Below are positions 51,665 to 60,611 of a DNA stretch of 64,000 nucleotides, piece by piece (positions within the stretch are counted from its first letter, which is position 1; every line of letters begins with the position of its first letter). The position numbers and the translations under genes were made by a program. The notes under the pieces were generated by a model. That model saw only the letters and a program-made list of their open reading frames with translations, searched no databases and was not told where the DNA came from. The stretch is from an uncultured Acidobacteriota bacterium (GTDB lineage Bacteria > Acidobacteriota > Thermoanaerobaculia > UBA5066 > DATFVB01), in NCBI GenBank assembly GCA_963813155.1, contig CAWEYG010000002.1, forward strand, positions 352,001 to 416,000, given 5' to 3'.

Positions 51665-52929
51665 AGGGCGTGGCGCGATACGGGATCTGGGCGGCGGCGC
51701 TGCTCCTCGGACTCGGCGTTCTGGCCGTCCGACTCTTCCGCGGCACGCCGTCGGACCTGACGGCCGTCGAGTGGGTGGCTCCTTCCGCCGCGGGCGACTG
51801 GATCGCCGTGACCGGCAGGTTCAGTGTTCGCTTCGGCGACCGGGCCGTCTTCTTCGAAAACCCGTCGACCGGCGGGTTCGTTCGGGCCGGGTACCGGCTC
51901 CCGACCGGAGGAAGCGCGCCCGTATTCTCGGCGGATGGAAAAACCGCGGCCTGGACGGCCCCCCGAGTCACCCTGCGGGGCGAATCGGGGTTCGTTGCGC
52001 GCGCGCGGACGCTCGATTCCGAGAGGCACGGGCGAACGGCCTGGGACGGGGCGTTCTTCCCGGAAGCCCCCCTGATCGTCTTTTCCGACGACGGCACCCG
52101 CCTCGCGTTCCTCACGGGGGAAAGCCTCTCGATCCGCGACGCCCGGACGGGACGCGTCATCATCGCCGCGCGCCCCGCGCAGCCGCTCTGGCCGTGGGGC
52201 TCCCGGGGGTTCACGACGGCGACGTTCGTCGCTCCCGATCTTCTCCGCGTTTACCGCGTCCGCTCCCCGGCGCCGGCTTCCCGGCAGGCGGAGCTCGACG
52301 TCCTCGAGCTCGACGCGACCGCGCGGCATTTGTCCCGGGTCGGACATGCGGGTCCGTTTCCCCACGTGTTCCCCCTGTTGAGCGACGCCCGCCGGGAGCG
52401 CCTGCTCGTTCGCGAGAGCGCCCGGAACGTCCTGCTGCTCGATGCCCGGAGCGGGGAAACGATTCGCGGCTTCGGGGGCGGTTTACCGACTTACCGGTCG
52501 GCGGACTTTCTTTCCGACGGCGGAATTGTCCTGCTCGAATCGGAGGCCGGACAGGAGCGACTGAACCTTCTCGATGCGGCCGGCTCTCTCGTACGCAGCG
52601 TTTCGCTCGGTCCCGGCGATCGGGCGTTCTTCGTGGGCGAGCCGCGTGGCGGCCTGCTGGACGTCGCCGTCGCGTTCGCCGCGAAGCTCCCCCGGCGCGA
52701 CGCGCGGATTCTGCGGGTCGACCGCGCCCGGGGAACCGTCGAAGCGATCGCCGATCACCTCTTTCCCGTCACGACCTATGCGCGCTGGACCGGCGGCGAC
52801 CCGGGAAGGAGCTTCGCTCCCGGAAGTCTCGCGACGCGCCTCTTCTACGGACCCCGCGGCTCGCTCGTCGAGCTCGACGCGCAGACGCACCGGCCCCGGA
52901 CGGTCCTCGGGAGCTCCCCGTCCCGCTGA
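51661..52929 (+). CDS. Membrane-anchored hypothetical protein, beta-propeller-like
   Basis: N-terminal TM helix; FSADGKTAAW and FSDDGTRLAF PD40-like motifs; ATGA overlap with the upstream gene. Confidence 0.6.
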   Translation: MKGVARYGIWAAALLLGLGVLAVRLFRGTPSDLTAVEWVAPSAAGDWIAVTGRFSVRFGDRAVFFENPSTGGFVRAGYRLPTGGSAPVFSADGKTAAWTAPRVTLRGESGFVARARTLDSERHGRTAWDGAFFPEAPLIVFSDDGTRLAFLTGESLSIRDARTGRVIIAARPAQPLWPWGSRGFTTATFVAPDLLRVYRVRSPAPASRQAELDVLELDATARHLSRVGHAGPFPHVFPLLSDARRERLLVRESARNVLLLDARSGETIRGFGGGLPTYRSADFLSDGGIVLLESEAGQERLNLLDAAGSLVRSVSLGPGDRAFFVGEPRGGLLDVAVAFAAKLPRRDARILRVDRARGTVEAIADHLFPVTTYARWTGGDPGRSFAPGSLATRLFYGPRGSLVELDAQTHRPRTVLGSSPSR

Positions 52930-52983
52930 CCGGTCCCGAATTCTCCTTGTTTCGCCCCGCGCGCTGTGACACTCTCGCTTCTT

Positions 52984-54234
52984 ATGCCTTTTTCGACGTT
53001 TGGACTGCATCCGGACCTGCTCCGCGGGATCAAGGACCTGGGCTTCGCGCGCCCTACGCCGATTCAACAGGATGCCATGCCCCCGGCGCTGGCCGGCCGC
53101 GACGTTCTCGCGTGCGCGATGACCGGCAGCGGAAAGACCGCCGCCTTCGTCCTTCCGATCCTGCAGAGGCTGATCTCGAAATCGCGCCGCACGACACGAG
53201 CCCTCATCATCACCCCGACGCGCGAGCTCGCGGCGCAGATCGACGAGCACCTGGGCCAGCTCGCTCTTCACACCCCGCTGTCGGGCGCCGCCGTTTTCGG
53301 GGGCGTCTCCATGGGCCCCCAGGAGCACGCATTTCGCGTGGGCGTCGACGTGATCGTCGCGACGCCGGGCCGCCTGCTGGACCACTTTCGGTTTCCCTAC
53401 GCCCAGCTCCCGCACCTCGAGGTCCTCGTTCTCGACGAGGCCGACCGGATGCTCGACATGGGGTTCCTTCCCGACATTCGCCGCGTCCTGAAGCACCTTC
53501 CCCCGCGGCGCCAGACGCTCTTCTTCTCCGCTACGATGCCGGCACCGATCCTTGCCCTCGCGCGCGAAATGCTGAAGGACCCCGTGCTCGTGAACCTCGA
53601 GCGCAAATCGGCGCCCGCGACCGGCATCACGCAGGCCGTCTATCCGATCGCCCAGGAGCTCAAGGCGCCGCTCCTTCTCGAGCTGCTGCGCCGCGGCGAC
53701 CTGAAGTCGGTCCTGGCCTTCACCCGCACGAAACATCGCGCGAACCGGCTCGCCGACACGCTCGCCCGCAATCGGATTCCCTCGGAGCGGATCCACGGAA
53801 ATCGGTCGCAACCCCAGCGCACGCAGGCGCTGGCCGGGTTCAAGGCGGGAAGATTCCGCGTCCTCGTCGCAACCGACATCGCCGCGCGGGGAATCGACGT
53901 CGAAGACATTTCGCACGTCGTCAACTTCGACGTCCCGAACGTTCCGGAAGACTACATCCACCGCGTCGGCCGGACCGCGCGCGCGGAGGCCACCGGCGAC
54001 GCGTTCACGTTCGTGTCCCCCGAAGAGGAAGGCGATCTCCGCGCGATCGAGAAAGCGATCGGAAAGCGTCTTCCCCGGATTCTCGTGCCGGGGTTCGACT
54101 ACGGGAAGGCTCCGTCGGAGCGATTCGAGGTCCCCCTGGCCGAAAGAATCGCCGCGATTCGCGCCCGGAAAGCGCAGGAGCGGGCGCGGGCCCGCGAAAA
54201 GGAACAGCGCCGGAGGGGCCCCGCCCGATCCTGA
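52984..54234 (+). CDS. rhlE: DEAD-box RNA helicase (RhlE-like)
   Basis: PTPIQ, TGSGKT, PTRELA, DEAD, SAT, ARGID, HRVGRTAR. Confidence 0.9.
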   Translation: MPFSTFGLHPDLLRGIKDLGFARPTPIQQDAMPPALAGRDVLACAMTGSGKTAAFVLPILQRLISKSRRTTRALIITPTRELAAQIDEHLGQLALHTPLSGAAVFGGVSMGPQEHAFRVGVDVIVATPGRLLDHFRFPYAQLPHLEVLVLDEADRMLDMGFLPDIRRVLKHLPPRRQTLFFSATMPAPILALAREMLKDPVLVNLERKSAPATGITQAVYPIAQELKAPLLLELLRRGDLKSVLAFTRTKHRANRLADTLARNRIPSERIHGNRSQPQRTQALAGFKAGRFRVLVATDIAARGIDVEDISHVVNFDVPNVPEDYIHRVGRTARAEATGDAFTFVSPEEEGDLRAIEKAIGKRLPRILVPGFDYGKAPSERFEVPLAERIAAIRARKAQERARAREKEQRRRGPARS

Positions 54235-54267
54235 CCCGGTATAAGATTGCCGGACTCAAAAGGATCG

Positions 54268-55281
54268 ATGGAAGACCCCGACTCGACCGCGAAGCAGCGG
54301 AGAGCCGCTGCGAAGCGCCTGCGAAAGACGGAGAGCCCGAACAGCTCTTCGCGCCGGCAGACGACGCGGTCGCAGACCGTCCCGCACGACGGACCCGAGG
54401 GACGCGCCGAGAGCCAGGGCGTCGAAGCGAACATCATTCTGATCGCGCACCCGGATCACCACAACATCGGAACGCGGTACCGCCTCGTCCCCGGCTCCTC
54501 GATCGAGATCGGGAGGAGCCCGAACCTGGAAGTCTGCCTTCCGGAAGTTCCCTCGATCTCGCGAAGTCACGCCCGCCTCGAGTACCTCAACGGCCTCGTC
54601 ATCCTCCTGGACCTCGGCAGCACGAACGGAACCTACGTCAACGACCGCCTCCTCGACGGGCCGGCGGTTCTGAAGAGCGGCGACCGTTTCCAGGTCGGCG
54701 CCGTTCACTTCAAGTTCCTTCACGAGCAGGACGTCGAGCACGCGTTTCACATGGCGATCTTCGACCTTCTGACTCGCGACGGCCTCACGGAGGCCTTCAA
54801 CAAGCGCAAGTTCGACGAGGAGCTCGGCCGGGAGTTCGCCCGCTCGCGCCGTTATTCCCGGCCGCTGTCGCTCATCTTCTTCGACGTCGACCACTTCAAG
54901 GCGGTCAACGACGAGCACGGCCACGTCGCGGGCGATTTCGTCCTGAAACAGATCTGCGAGCGCGTCTCGGAATGCGTCCGCCTGGAACAGGTGTTCGCGC
55001 GGATCGGCGGAGAGGAATTCGCGGTTCTCTGCCCCGAGACGGAGGCCTCGAGCGCCGCTCTTCTCGCCGAGAAGCTCCGGGCGAGCATTGCCGGCGAGCC
55101 CTGCCGGACCTCGAAGGGAGCGATTTCCGTGACGTGCTCGTTCGGAGTCGCGCAGCGCGAAGCCGACATGAGGAGCGGCCCGGAACTGTGCGAGGCGGCC
55201 GACCGCGCGCTCTACGCGTCGAAACGCGCGGGCCGCAACCTCGTCACCGGCGCGATGCCGAAGACGGGAGAAACGACCTAG
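54268..55281 (+). CDS. FHA-GGDEF diguanylate cyclase
   Basis: FHA: IGRS...SRSHA...DLGSTNGTYVN; GGDEF: DVDHFKAVNDEHGH...RIGGEEF. Confidence 0.92.
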   Translation: MEDPDSTAKQRRAAAKRLRKTESPNSSSRRQTTRSQTVPHDGPEGRAESQGVEANIILIAHPDHHNIGTRYRLVPGSSIEIGRSPNLEVCLPEVPSISRSHARLEYLNGLVILLDLGSTNGTYVNDRLLDGPAVLKSGDRFQVGAVHFKFLHEQDVEHAFHMAIFDLLTRDGLTEAFNKRKFDEELGREFARSRRYSRPLSLIFFDVDHFKAVNDEHGHVAGDFVLKQICERVSECVRLEQVFARIGGEEFAVLCPETEASSAALLAEKLRASIAGEPCRTSKGAISVTCSFGVAQREADMRSGPELCEAADRALYASKRAGRNLVTGAMPKTGETT

Positions 55282-56303
55282 GCCGTCCTCGCCCGGGCGA
55301 GCTCGACGATTTCTCCGATCATCTGCGTGTACGAGCGCCCGGACTCCCGCGCGGCCATCGCGAATTCGGCGTTCGCGGCGAGCCAGGGGTTCGGATTGGC
55401 CTCGATGACGAAGACCTCTCCGTCTTTTCGCAGGCGCATGTCGACCCGGCCGTAGTCGCGCAGCTCCAGCGCCTCGTACGCCGCGAGCGCCGTCTCCTGC
55501 AGCCGCAGAATCGTGTCCTCGTCGAGGTCGACCGCGATCGACGCCTTCGTCTTCTTGTAGGCCTCGGTCTCCGTCTCCCACTTCACCTCGGTGCCCGCGA
55601 TCCTGGGCATGCCTTCCGGAAGCTGCGACAGATCGAGCTCGACGGGAGGCAGCGCCGCCGGCTTGCCGTTTCCCAGGATCCCGACGTAGAGCTCGCGCCC
55701 CTCGATGTATTCCTCGATCAGCGCCGGGGTGTCGAACCGTTCCTGGATGTATTCGATGCGCGCCATCAGCTCCTTGACCGTCGAGACGACCGACCCGCAG
55801 TCGATGCCGATCGAACCGTCTTCCGAGGTCGGCTTGACGATGAGCGGAAAGCCGATGTCGTGCGCGTGGGGAAGCTTCCCCTTGTAGGAGAGGGCGAACA
55901 CGGGAGTCTTGATTCCGTGGAACTGGAAGATCTTCTTCGCGAGCGCCTTGTCCTGCGCGAGATACAGGGCGTGCGGGCCGGCGCCCGTGTACGCCCGGCC
56001 GAGCAAATCGAGAAACGCCGCGATGTTCATGTCGCACGTGTCGTCGCCCGCGTACGACTCGGTGAGGTTGAACGTGAGGTCCGCGCCGTTGCGCACGACC
56101 GAAACGAGCGTCGCGTCGGTGCCGTCGAGAACCTGGTAGAACGGGTCGTGCCCGAGCTTTCCGAGGGCGTCGAAAACCTGCTCGCGATCGAGCTTCGGGT
56201 GCCGGCGCCGCGGGCGCGGCTTCCCCTTTCGCGGCTTGGCCGGCGGCTCCTCGGGCGGGGGAGCCTCCTCTTCCCAGACGTCGTAGAGCACGGAAACCTT
56301 CAT
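55278..56303 (-). CDS. ATP-grasp ligase, D-Ala-D-Ala ligase-like
   Basis: FNLTES, YTGAGP, DKALAK, FPLIVKP..EDGSIGI, EEYIEGRE, RVDMR, IEANPNP. Confidence 0.88.
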   Translation of the reverse strand: MKVSVLYDVWEEEAPPPEEPPAKPRKGKPRPRRRHPKLDREQVFDALGKLGHDPFYQVLDGTDATLVSVVRNGADLTFNLTESYAGDDTCDMNIAAFLDLLGRAYTGAGPHALYLAQDKALAKKIFQFHGIKTPVFALSYKGKLPHAHDIGFPLIVKPTSEDGSIGIDCGSVVSTVKELMARIEYIQERFDTPALIEEYIEGRELYVGILGNGKPAALPPVELDLSQLPEGMPRIAGTEVKWETETEAYKKTKASIAVDLDEDTILRLQETALAAYEALELRDYGRVDMRLRKDGEVFVIEANPNPWLAANAEFAMAARESGRSYTQMIGEIVELARARTA

Positions 56304-57349
56304 GGGTTAACGAATTTTCCCCGGGTCAGGTAGTTCATGGCAAGCGTCGTCGCGTAGGCGGTGATCTCGACGAGGAATCGCGGCTCGCGGTTTCGCGGCG
56401 CGCGGAGATGAAGTTCCCCGACGCGGCGCTCGATCGACTCCACGAGGTCCTTCACGAGAGGGCGGCGCACACCCGTCCAGTAGGCGACTTTGTCCACGAT
56501 CTCTTTGCGGTTCTCGGACAGCAACTGGGCGGCGGGACGGGCCCCGCGCGTCGAGCTCGCCCGCGGCCGGGAGAAGATGTCGCGCAGGTCGGTATCGAGC
56601 GGCAGGTCCGCCGCGACGGCCGCGACGCCGGGGTCGGCCTTCTGCCGGTAAAAATCCTCGATCGTGGTCTCCATCTCTTCGACCGTCAGGTCCGTCGACC
56701 CGACCGCCCGAACGGGATCGCGATCCCGCAGCGCGCGCGCCGTTTTCTCGACGTAGCGGAGCTTGTGAATCGCGTCCCATCCGGCGTATTTCTTTCTCCA
56801 TCCGGATCGCGGCGTGAGCCAGACGGCGAACGTCTCGGCAAAATCCTCGTCCGGGTGCTTCTGAGCGTACCAGCCGGCAATGTGCCGCACAAATCTTCGG
56901 GAGAACGGAACCGGGCGATAGTCTTCGCGGTAGGGCCGGCGAAAAGGCCCGAAAAGATTCCGCCATTCCTCCGTCTTGTACAACTCGTACGCGTAGTTGA
57001 ATGCGTGGCCGGCCTCGTGGCGAAGGTACATCAGGATCTCGCGCTCGGTTTCGAGGTCGTTCATCGCCTTTTCCAGAGCGGCGAGCTTCGGGTCCGCGAG
57101 GTAAAAAGGAATTCCGATGATCGGCTCGCCGGAGGGGCATCCCCATTCGTCGGTGAGATAGCAGGAGGGCCGGAAGTGCCGAAGCCCCTTCGCCTCGAGC
57201 TCCCGGTAGAGGCGGAGGACGTACTTCTCGACGCCCGATCCCTCCAGCTTCAGCCCGAGATCCTTGATCGGCCTTTGAAGCAGCGCCCGGACTTCCGGCG
57301 AAGCCTTTTCGAACGCCGTCAGTGCGGCGCCGGTTTCACCCGTCGACAC
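56300..57349 (-). CDS. Putative zinc-binding metallopeptidase (Peptidase_Mx-like)
   Basis: LRHEAGHAFNYAY, YAQKHPDEDFAETFAVWL. Confidence 0.85.
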   Translation of the reverse strand: MSTGETGAALTAFEKASPEVRALLQRPIKDLGLKLEGSGVEKYVLRLYRELEAKGLRHFRPSCYLTDEWGCPSGEPIIGIPFYLADPKLAALEKAMNDLETEREILMYLRHEAGHAFNYAYELYKTEEWRNLFGPFRRPYREDYRPVPFSRRFVRHIAGWYAQKHPDEDFAETFAVWLTPRSGWRKKYAGWDAIHKLRYVEKTARALRDRDPVRAVGSTDLTVEEMETTIEDFYRQKADPGVAAVAADLPLDTDLRDIFSRPRASSTRGARPAAQLLSENRKEIVDKVAYWTGVRRPLVKDLVESIERRVGELHLRAPRNREPRFLVEITAYATTLAMNYLTRGKFVNP

Positions 57350-57992
57350 GGCGCGCGCGCACGACGAACCGCTTCGGAGCGTTCCCGACGTAATAGAACG
57401 GATAGCACGTGACGAGCGTGAGGGAGGCCGATCCCGCCGGCGCGAGGACGCCCACGTCGTCGGGACGAACGATCTGGATGGAGTCCACGACGTAATGATA
57501 CGTCTCCCGGGGCGTCGCGACCTCGAGCCGGTCGCCGTCCCGGATCTTCCGCAGAGGTCGCAGGAACGTGTCCCGGTGGCCGGCGAGGGCCGAGTTGCCG
57601 TTTTGCCACGGAAACGGAGTGCCCGGAACATGCCCGATCCCGAGCCGCAGCGCGCGGGAGTCGTCCCCCTCGAGAACGATCACGGAGAGGCCGATTCGGG
57701 GAGCGGCCAGACGCCCGAGCAGGCTCCCCGGCGCGGGAACGGGTTCGCGCGGTTCGAGCGCTCCGGCCGGCTGTGCCGCGTTCTTCCCGGCAACGTCGAC
57801 GGCCTGAGGAAGCGCTGCGGAGCCGCGGCTGCGCTCCGCCGAACGGCTCTCCCGCATCCGGTCGAGCGAGCGCCCCGCGAAGATCTGATAAATGCGCGAT
57901 TCCGCGAGCGTTGCGGCGCACCAGCCCAGCAGGAGCGCGCCGCTCCACCAGAGCAGCATTTCCGTCCAACGAAGAATGCGCGCGCGAGCCAT
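57336..57992 (-). CDS. Class D sortase
   Basis: N-terminal TM; GIGHVPGT, LAGHRDTF, LTLVTCYPF...PKR (His/Cys/Arg triad). Confidence 0.92.
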   Translation of the reverse strand: MARARILRWTEMLLWWSGALLLGWCAATLAESRIYQIFAGRSLDRMRESRSAERSRGSAALPQAVDVAGKNAAQPAGALEPREPVPAPGSLLGRLAAPRIGLSVIVLEGDDSRALRLGIGHVPGTPFPWQNGNSALAGHRDTFLRPLRKIRDGDRLEVATPRETYHYVVDSIQIVRPDDVGVLAPAGSASLTLVTCYPFYYVGNAPKRFVVRARRVDG

Positions 57993-58063
57993 GAGAGAAA
58001 TTTATACGACTCCCGGTGAGGAAGGGAGCAATCGATGTGCCATCCGCCCGATATACTCGCTCC

Positions 58064-58981
58064 GTGGCGCGAAGAGTCGTGTGGCGATCATTGGTCTTCG
58101 GGACACTTCTCACGGCGACCGCGTGCTCCCCCCGGGTGGACCCCGGCTACAGGCGCGAGATCGAAACGTGGAGGCAGCGGCGGGCGGAACGGCTCAGGCG
58201 CGACGACGGCTGGCTCACCCTGGCCGGACTCTTCTGGCTCGACCCGGGGACAAATCCCTTCGGGTCCGGGCCCGAGGCGAAGATTTCCCTCCGCGGGCCG
58301 GGCGTTCCTCCGGTCGCCGGCGCGATCGTGCTCGAAAAAGGACGCACGCGCCTCGATCCCGCGGCCGGCTCGGCCCTGACCGCCGACGGCCGGCCCGCGA
58401 CCGCGACCGATCTCGTGTCGGACGAAAACGGGAACCCGACCGTTCTGCGGATCGGCACGTTCTCCTTTTTCGTGATTCGTCGCGGAGAGAAAATGGGAGT
58501 TCGCGTTCGCGACACCGAGAGCCCTGCCCGGAAGAATTTCAAGGGGCTGAAATACTTTCCGATCGACCCGACCTGGAGAGTCGCGGCGCGATTCGAGCCG
58601 TACACGCCGCCGAAACACATCGCGGTGCCGACCGTCCTCGGCTTTCCGGAAGACGACGTGTCGCCGGGAGCGCTCGCTTTCGAGCACGGCGGAACGACCT
58701 ATCGCCTCGATCCGGTTTTCGAACAGGGCTCCGAGGAGCTGTTCCTCATCTTTGGCGATCGAACCAATGGAAAGGAAACGTACGGAGCCGGCCGCTTCGT
58801 GTACGCGCCGATGCCGAAAGACGGAAAGACGGTGATCGACTTCAACAAGGCTTATAGCCCCCCGTGCATCTTCACGCCGTACGCGACGTGCCCGTTCCCT
58901 CCCCCGCAGAATCGCCTGGCAATCGAGGTCCGCGCCGGCGAGAAGACGTATTCCGGCGCCCACCACCAACCCCTCGAGTGA
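58064..58981 (+). CDS. DUF1684 domain lipoprotein
   Basis: GWLTLAGLFWL...FGDRTNGKETYGAGRF...IDFNKAYSPPCIFTPYATCP. Confidence 0.88.
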   Translation: MARRVVWRSLVFGTLLTATACSPRVDPGYRREIETWRQRRAERLRRDDGWLTLAGLFWLDPGTNPFGSGPEAKISLRGPGVPPVAGAIVLEKGRTRLDPAAGSALTADGRPATATDLVSDENGNPTVLRIGTFSFFVIRRGEKMGVRVRDTESPARKNFKGLKYFPIDPTWRVAARFEPYTPPKHIAVPTVLGFPEDDVSPGALAFEHGGTTYRLDPVFEQGSEELFLIFGDRTNGKETYGAGRFVYAPMPKDGKTVIDFNKAYSPPCIFTPYATCPFPPPQNRLAIEVRAGEKTYSGAHHQPLE

Positions 58982-59138
58982 CAGTGAGTTCGAATTAAGT
59001 CATTTCGATCGAATAATATTCGCCACATCGATTGTTTATCTCCCGTTTATTCTCTTGACAACGTCCGGGAGCATTCGGCATCATTCCTCCACCAAATCAG
59101 GGAGATTGATCAAATCACGGTATTCGCTCAATTAAAGT

Positions 59139-59198
59139 AAGGGTTGAGGTCTTCTGCCGCCTTCCGAAAACCCTTTGTTTTCGTAAGGCGGGAGGAGA
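59139..59198 (+). promoter_or_regulatory. RBS-sequestering hairpin in the 5' UTR, possible RNA switch
   Basis: 22-bp stem 59150-59171/59177-59198 (two mismatches, one G-U) covering GGAGGAG; AAGGGTT at 59139 is complementary to AACCCTT at 59169. Confidence 0.55.
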
Positions 59199-59205
59199 TT
59201 AAGAC

Positions 59206-60528
59206 ATGACAAACCTCGGGATGAAGTTTCGAGCCGCGTGCCGGTTGTCCGCTCTCGCGGCGACGGCGCTTTTGGCCGCAGCGACGGCGTCGGCGACCGT
59301 GGCAACCGTGACGTTCACAAGCCAGTCGGGCACGGAGCTGTTCACCGATCTGCCGACTCTGAACTCGGATTACATCACGGTGCAGGTCCAGACCGACGCG
59401 TCGATCCCCGACGCCTGGGTCAAGCTCACCGCCAGCGGCAACATCACGAACGTCGGCTCGGGAATTCACCAGGTGAAATACGTTCCAGGTCCGAACACTC
59501 CCGGCTCGTATGCCGGGCCGGTCACAAGCTCGGGGCTCACGGCGGGAGTGCCGAAGACGCTCTTTTTCCTCGTCAAGGCGGCGGCGCTCAGCAATACACC
59601 TCAGAACCTCACGTTCACGCTTTACAACGGCGACCCGTCCGGCTCCGGCGTGCAACAGGGTTCTTCGGGCACGCTCCCGTTCATCGTCGAGCGGTCGATC
59701 AAGGCGAACGTCGAACAAACCGAACGTCGTCGTCACGGTCCCCACAAACCCCACGCCGGGACAACTCGGCCAGATCACGTTCACGGGCTCCACCGGCACA
59801 GTCGGGAACAATAATCGCCTCTACTTCACGCCGGCTTCCGAGTCCAGCTGGCTGCCCGATGAGTTCGAAATCATCGACAGCGACATCAACATCCCGGGCT
59901 ACGCGAACAACGATTACCAGGACGAGCTCAAGATCCCGCCCGCCAACGTCCTCGAGCTCGGACCATTCCTACACGGCCGTTTATAATTTCATCATCAACG
60001 GCGCTGGGGCAGCCGTGGCGAGCTCCGAGTCAACTACATCGACAGCGGGCAAGACGTGAAGTACACGCGCCCAACTCGGGCAGCTTCTCGGTCGTCATTC
60101 CCTTGACGTGCGAAGCGCCGAACAACGTCACCGTGACGCCGAATCCCACGTCCATTCCGACAGTGACGCTCGGCAGCTCGACCGCCATTCAGACGGTCAC
60201 GTTCACGGCCTCGCAGACGGGCGGAGCGGCGTTTACGATCACGGAGTCGGGCGCTCTCCCGACCGGGGTGAATTTCCTCCAGACGAGCCCGACGACGGCC
60301 ACTATCAGCGGGACTCCGACGACGAGCGGAACGTTCAGCATCGCGGTCCTTGCGGCCAACACGGACGTGACGAACCCGGCGGGTTGCCAGGGTTCGGTGA
60401 ACTTCAGCTTCACGGTCGATCCGGAGGTCTCCAACCTCGTTCAGGTGCCGACGCTCGGCAACACCGCGCTCGGTCTGATGGCGCTCGCCCTCGCAGGCGC
60501 GGCGTTTCTGCTGATCCGGAGGTTCTGA
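59206..60528 (+). CDS. Secreted Ser/Thr-rich protein with putative Ig domain and IPTL-CTERM sorting signal; frameshifts at 59700-60100
   Basis: Signal peptide; GALPTGV...ISGTPTTSGTF; C-terminus VPTLGNTALGLMALALAGAAFLLIRRF. Confidence 0.8.
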
Positions 60529-60559
60529 CCCGGCGCTCCGCGGATCTCTCGCGATCTCC

Positions 60560-60590
60560 AGCCCGGGGCCGAAAGGTCCCGGGCTTTTTT
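60560..60590 (+). terminator. Rho-independent terminator
   Basis: AGCCCGGGGCC-GAAA-GGTCCCGGGCT-T5. Confidence 0.85.
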
Positions 60591-60611
60591 GTGCGCGGCC
60601 CGACCAGCAGG

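Noticed and set aside
51771-56333. 1520-aa ORF and other long Arg/Pro-rich or antisense ORFs (e.g. 580-3594, 30095-32347)
   Set aside because: Shadow frames typical of high-GC DNA. They overlap well-supported genes and show no motifs.
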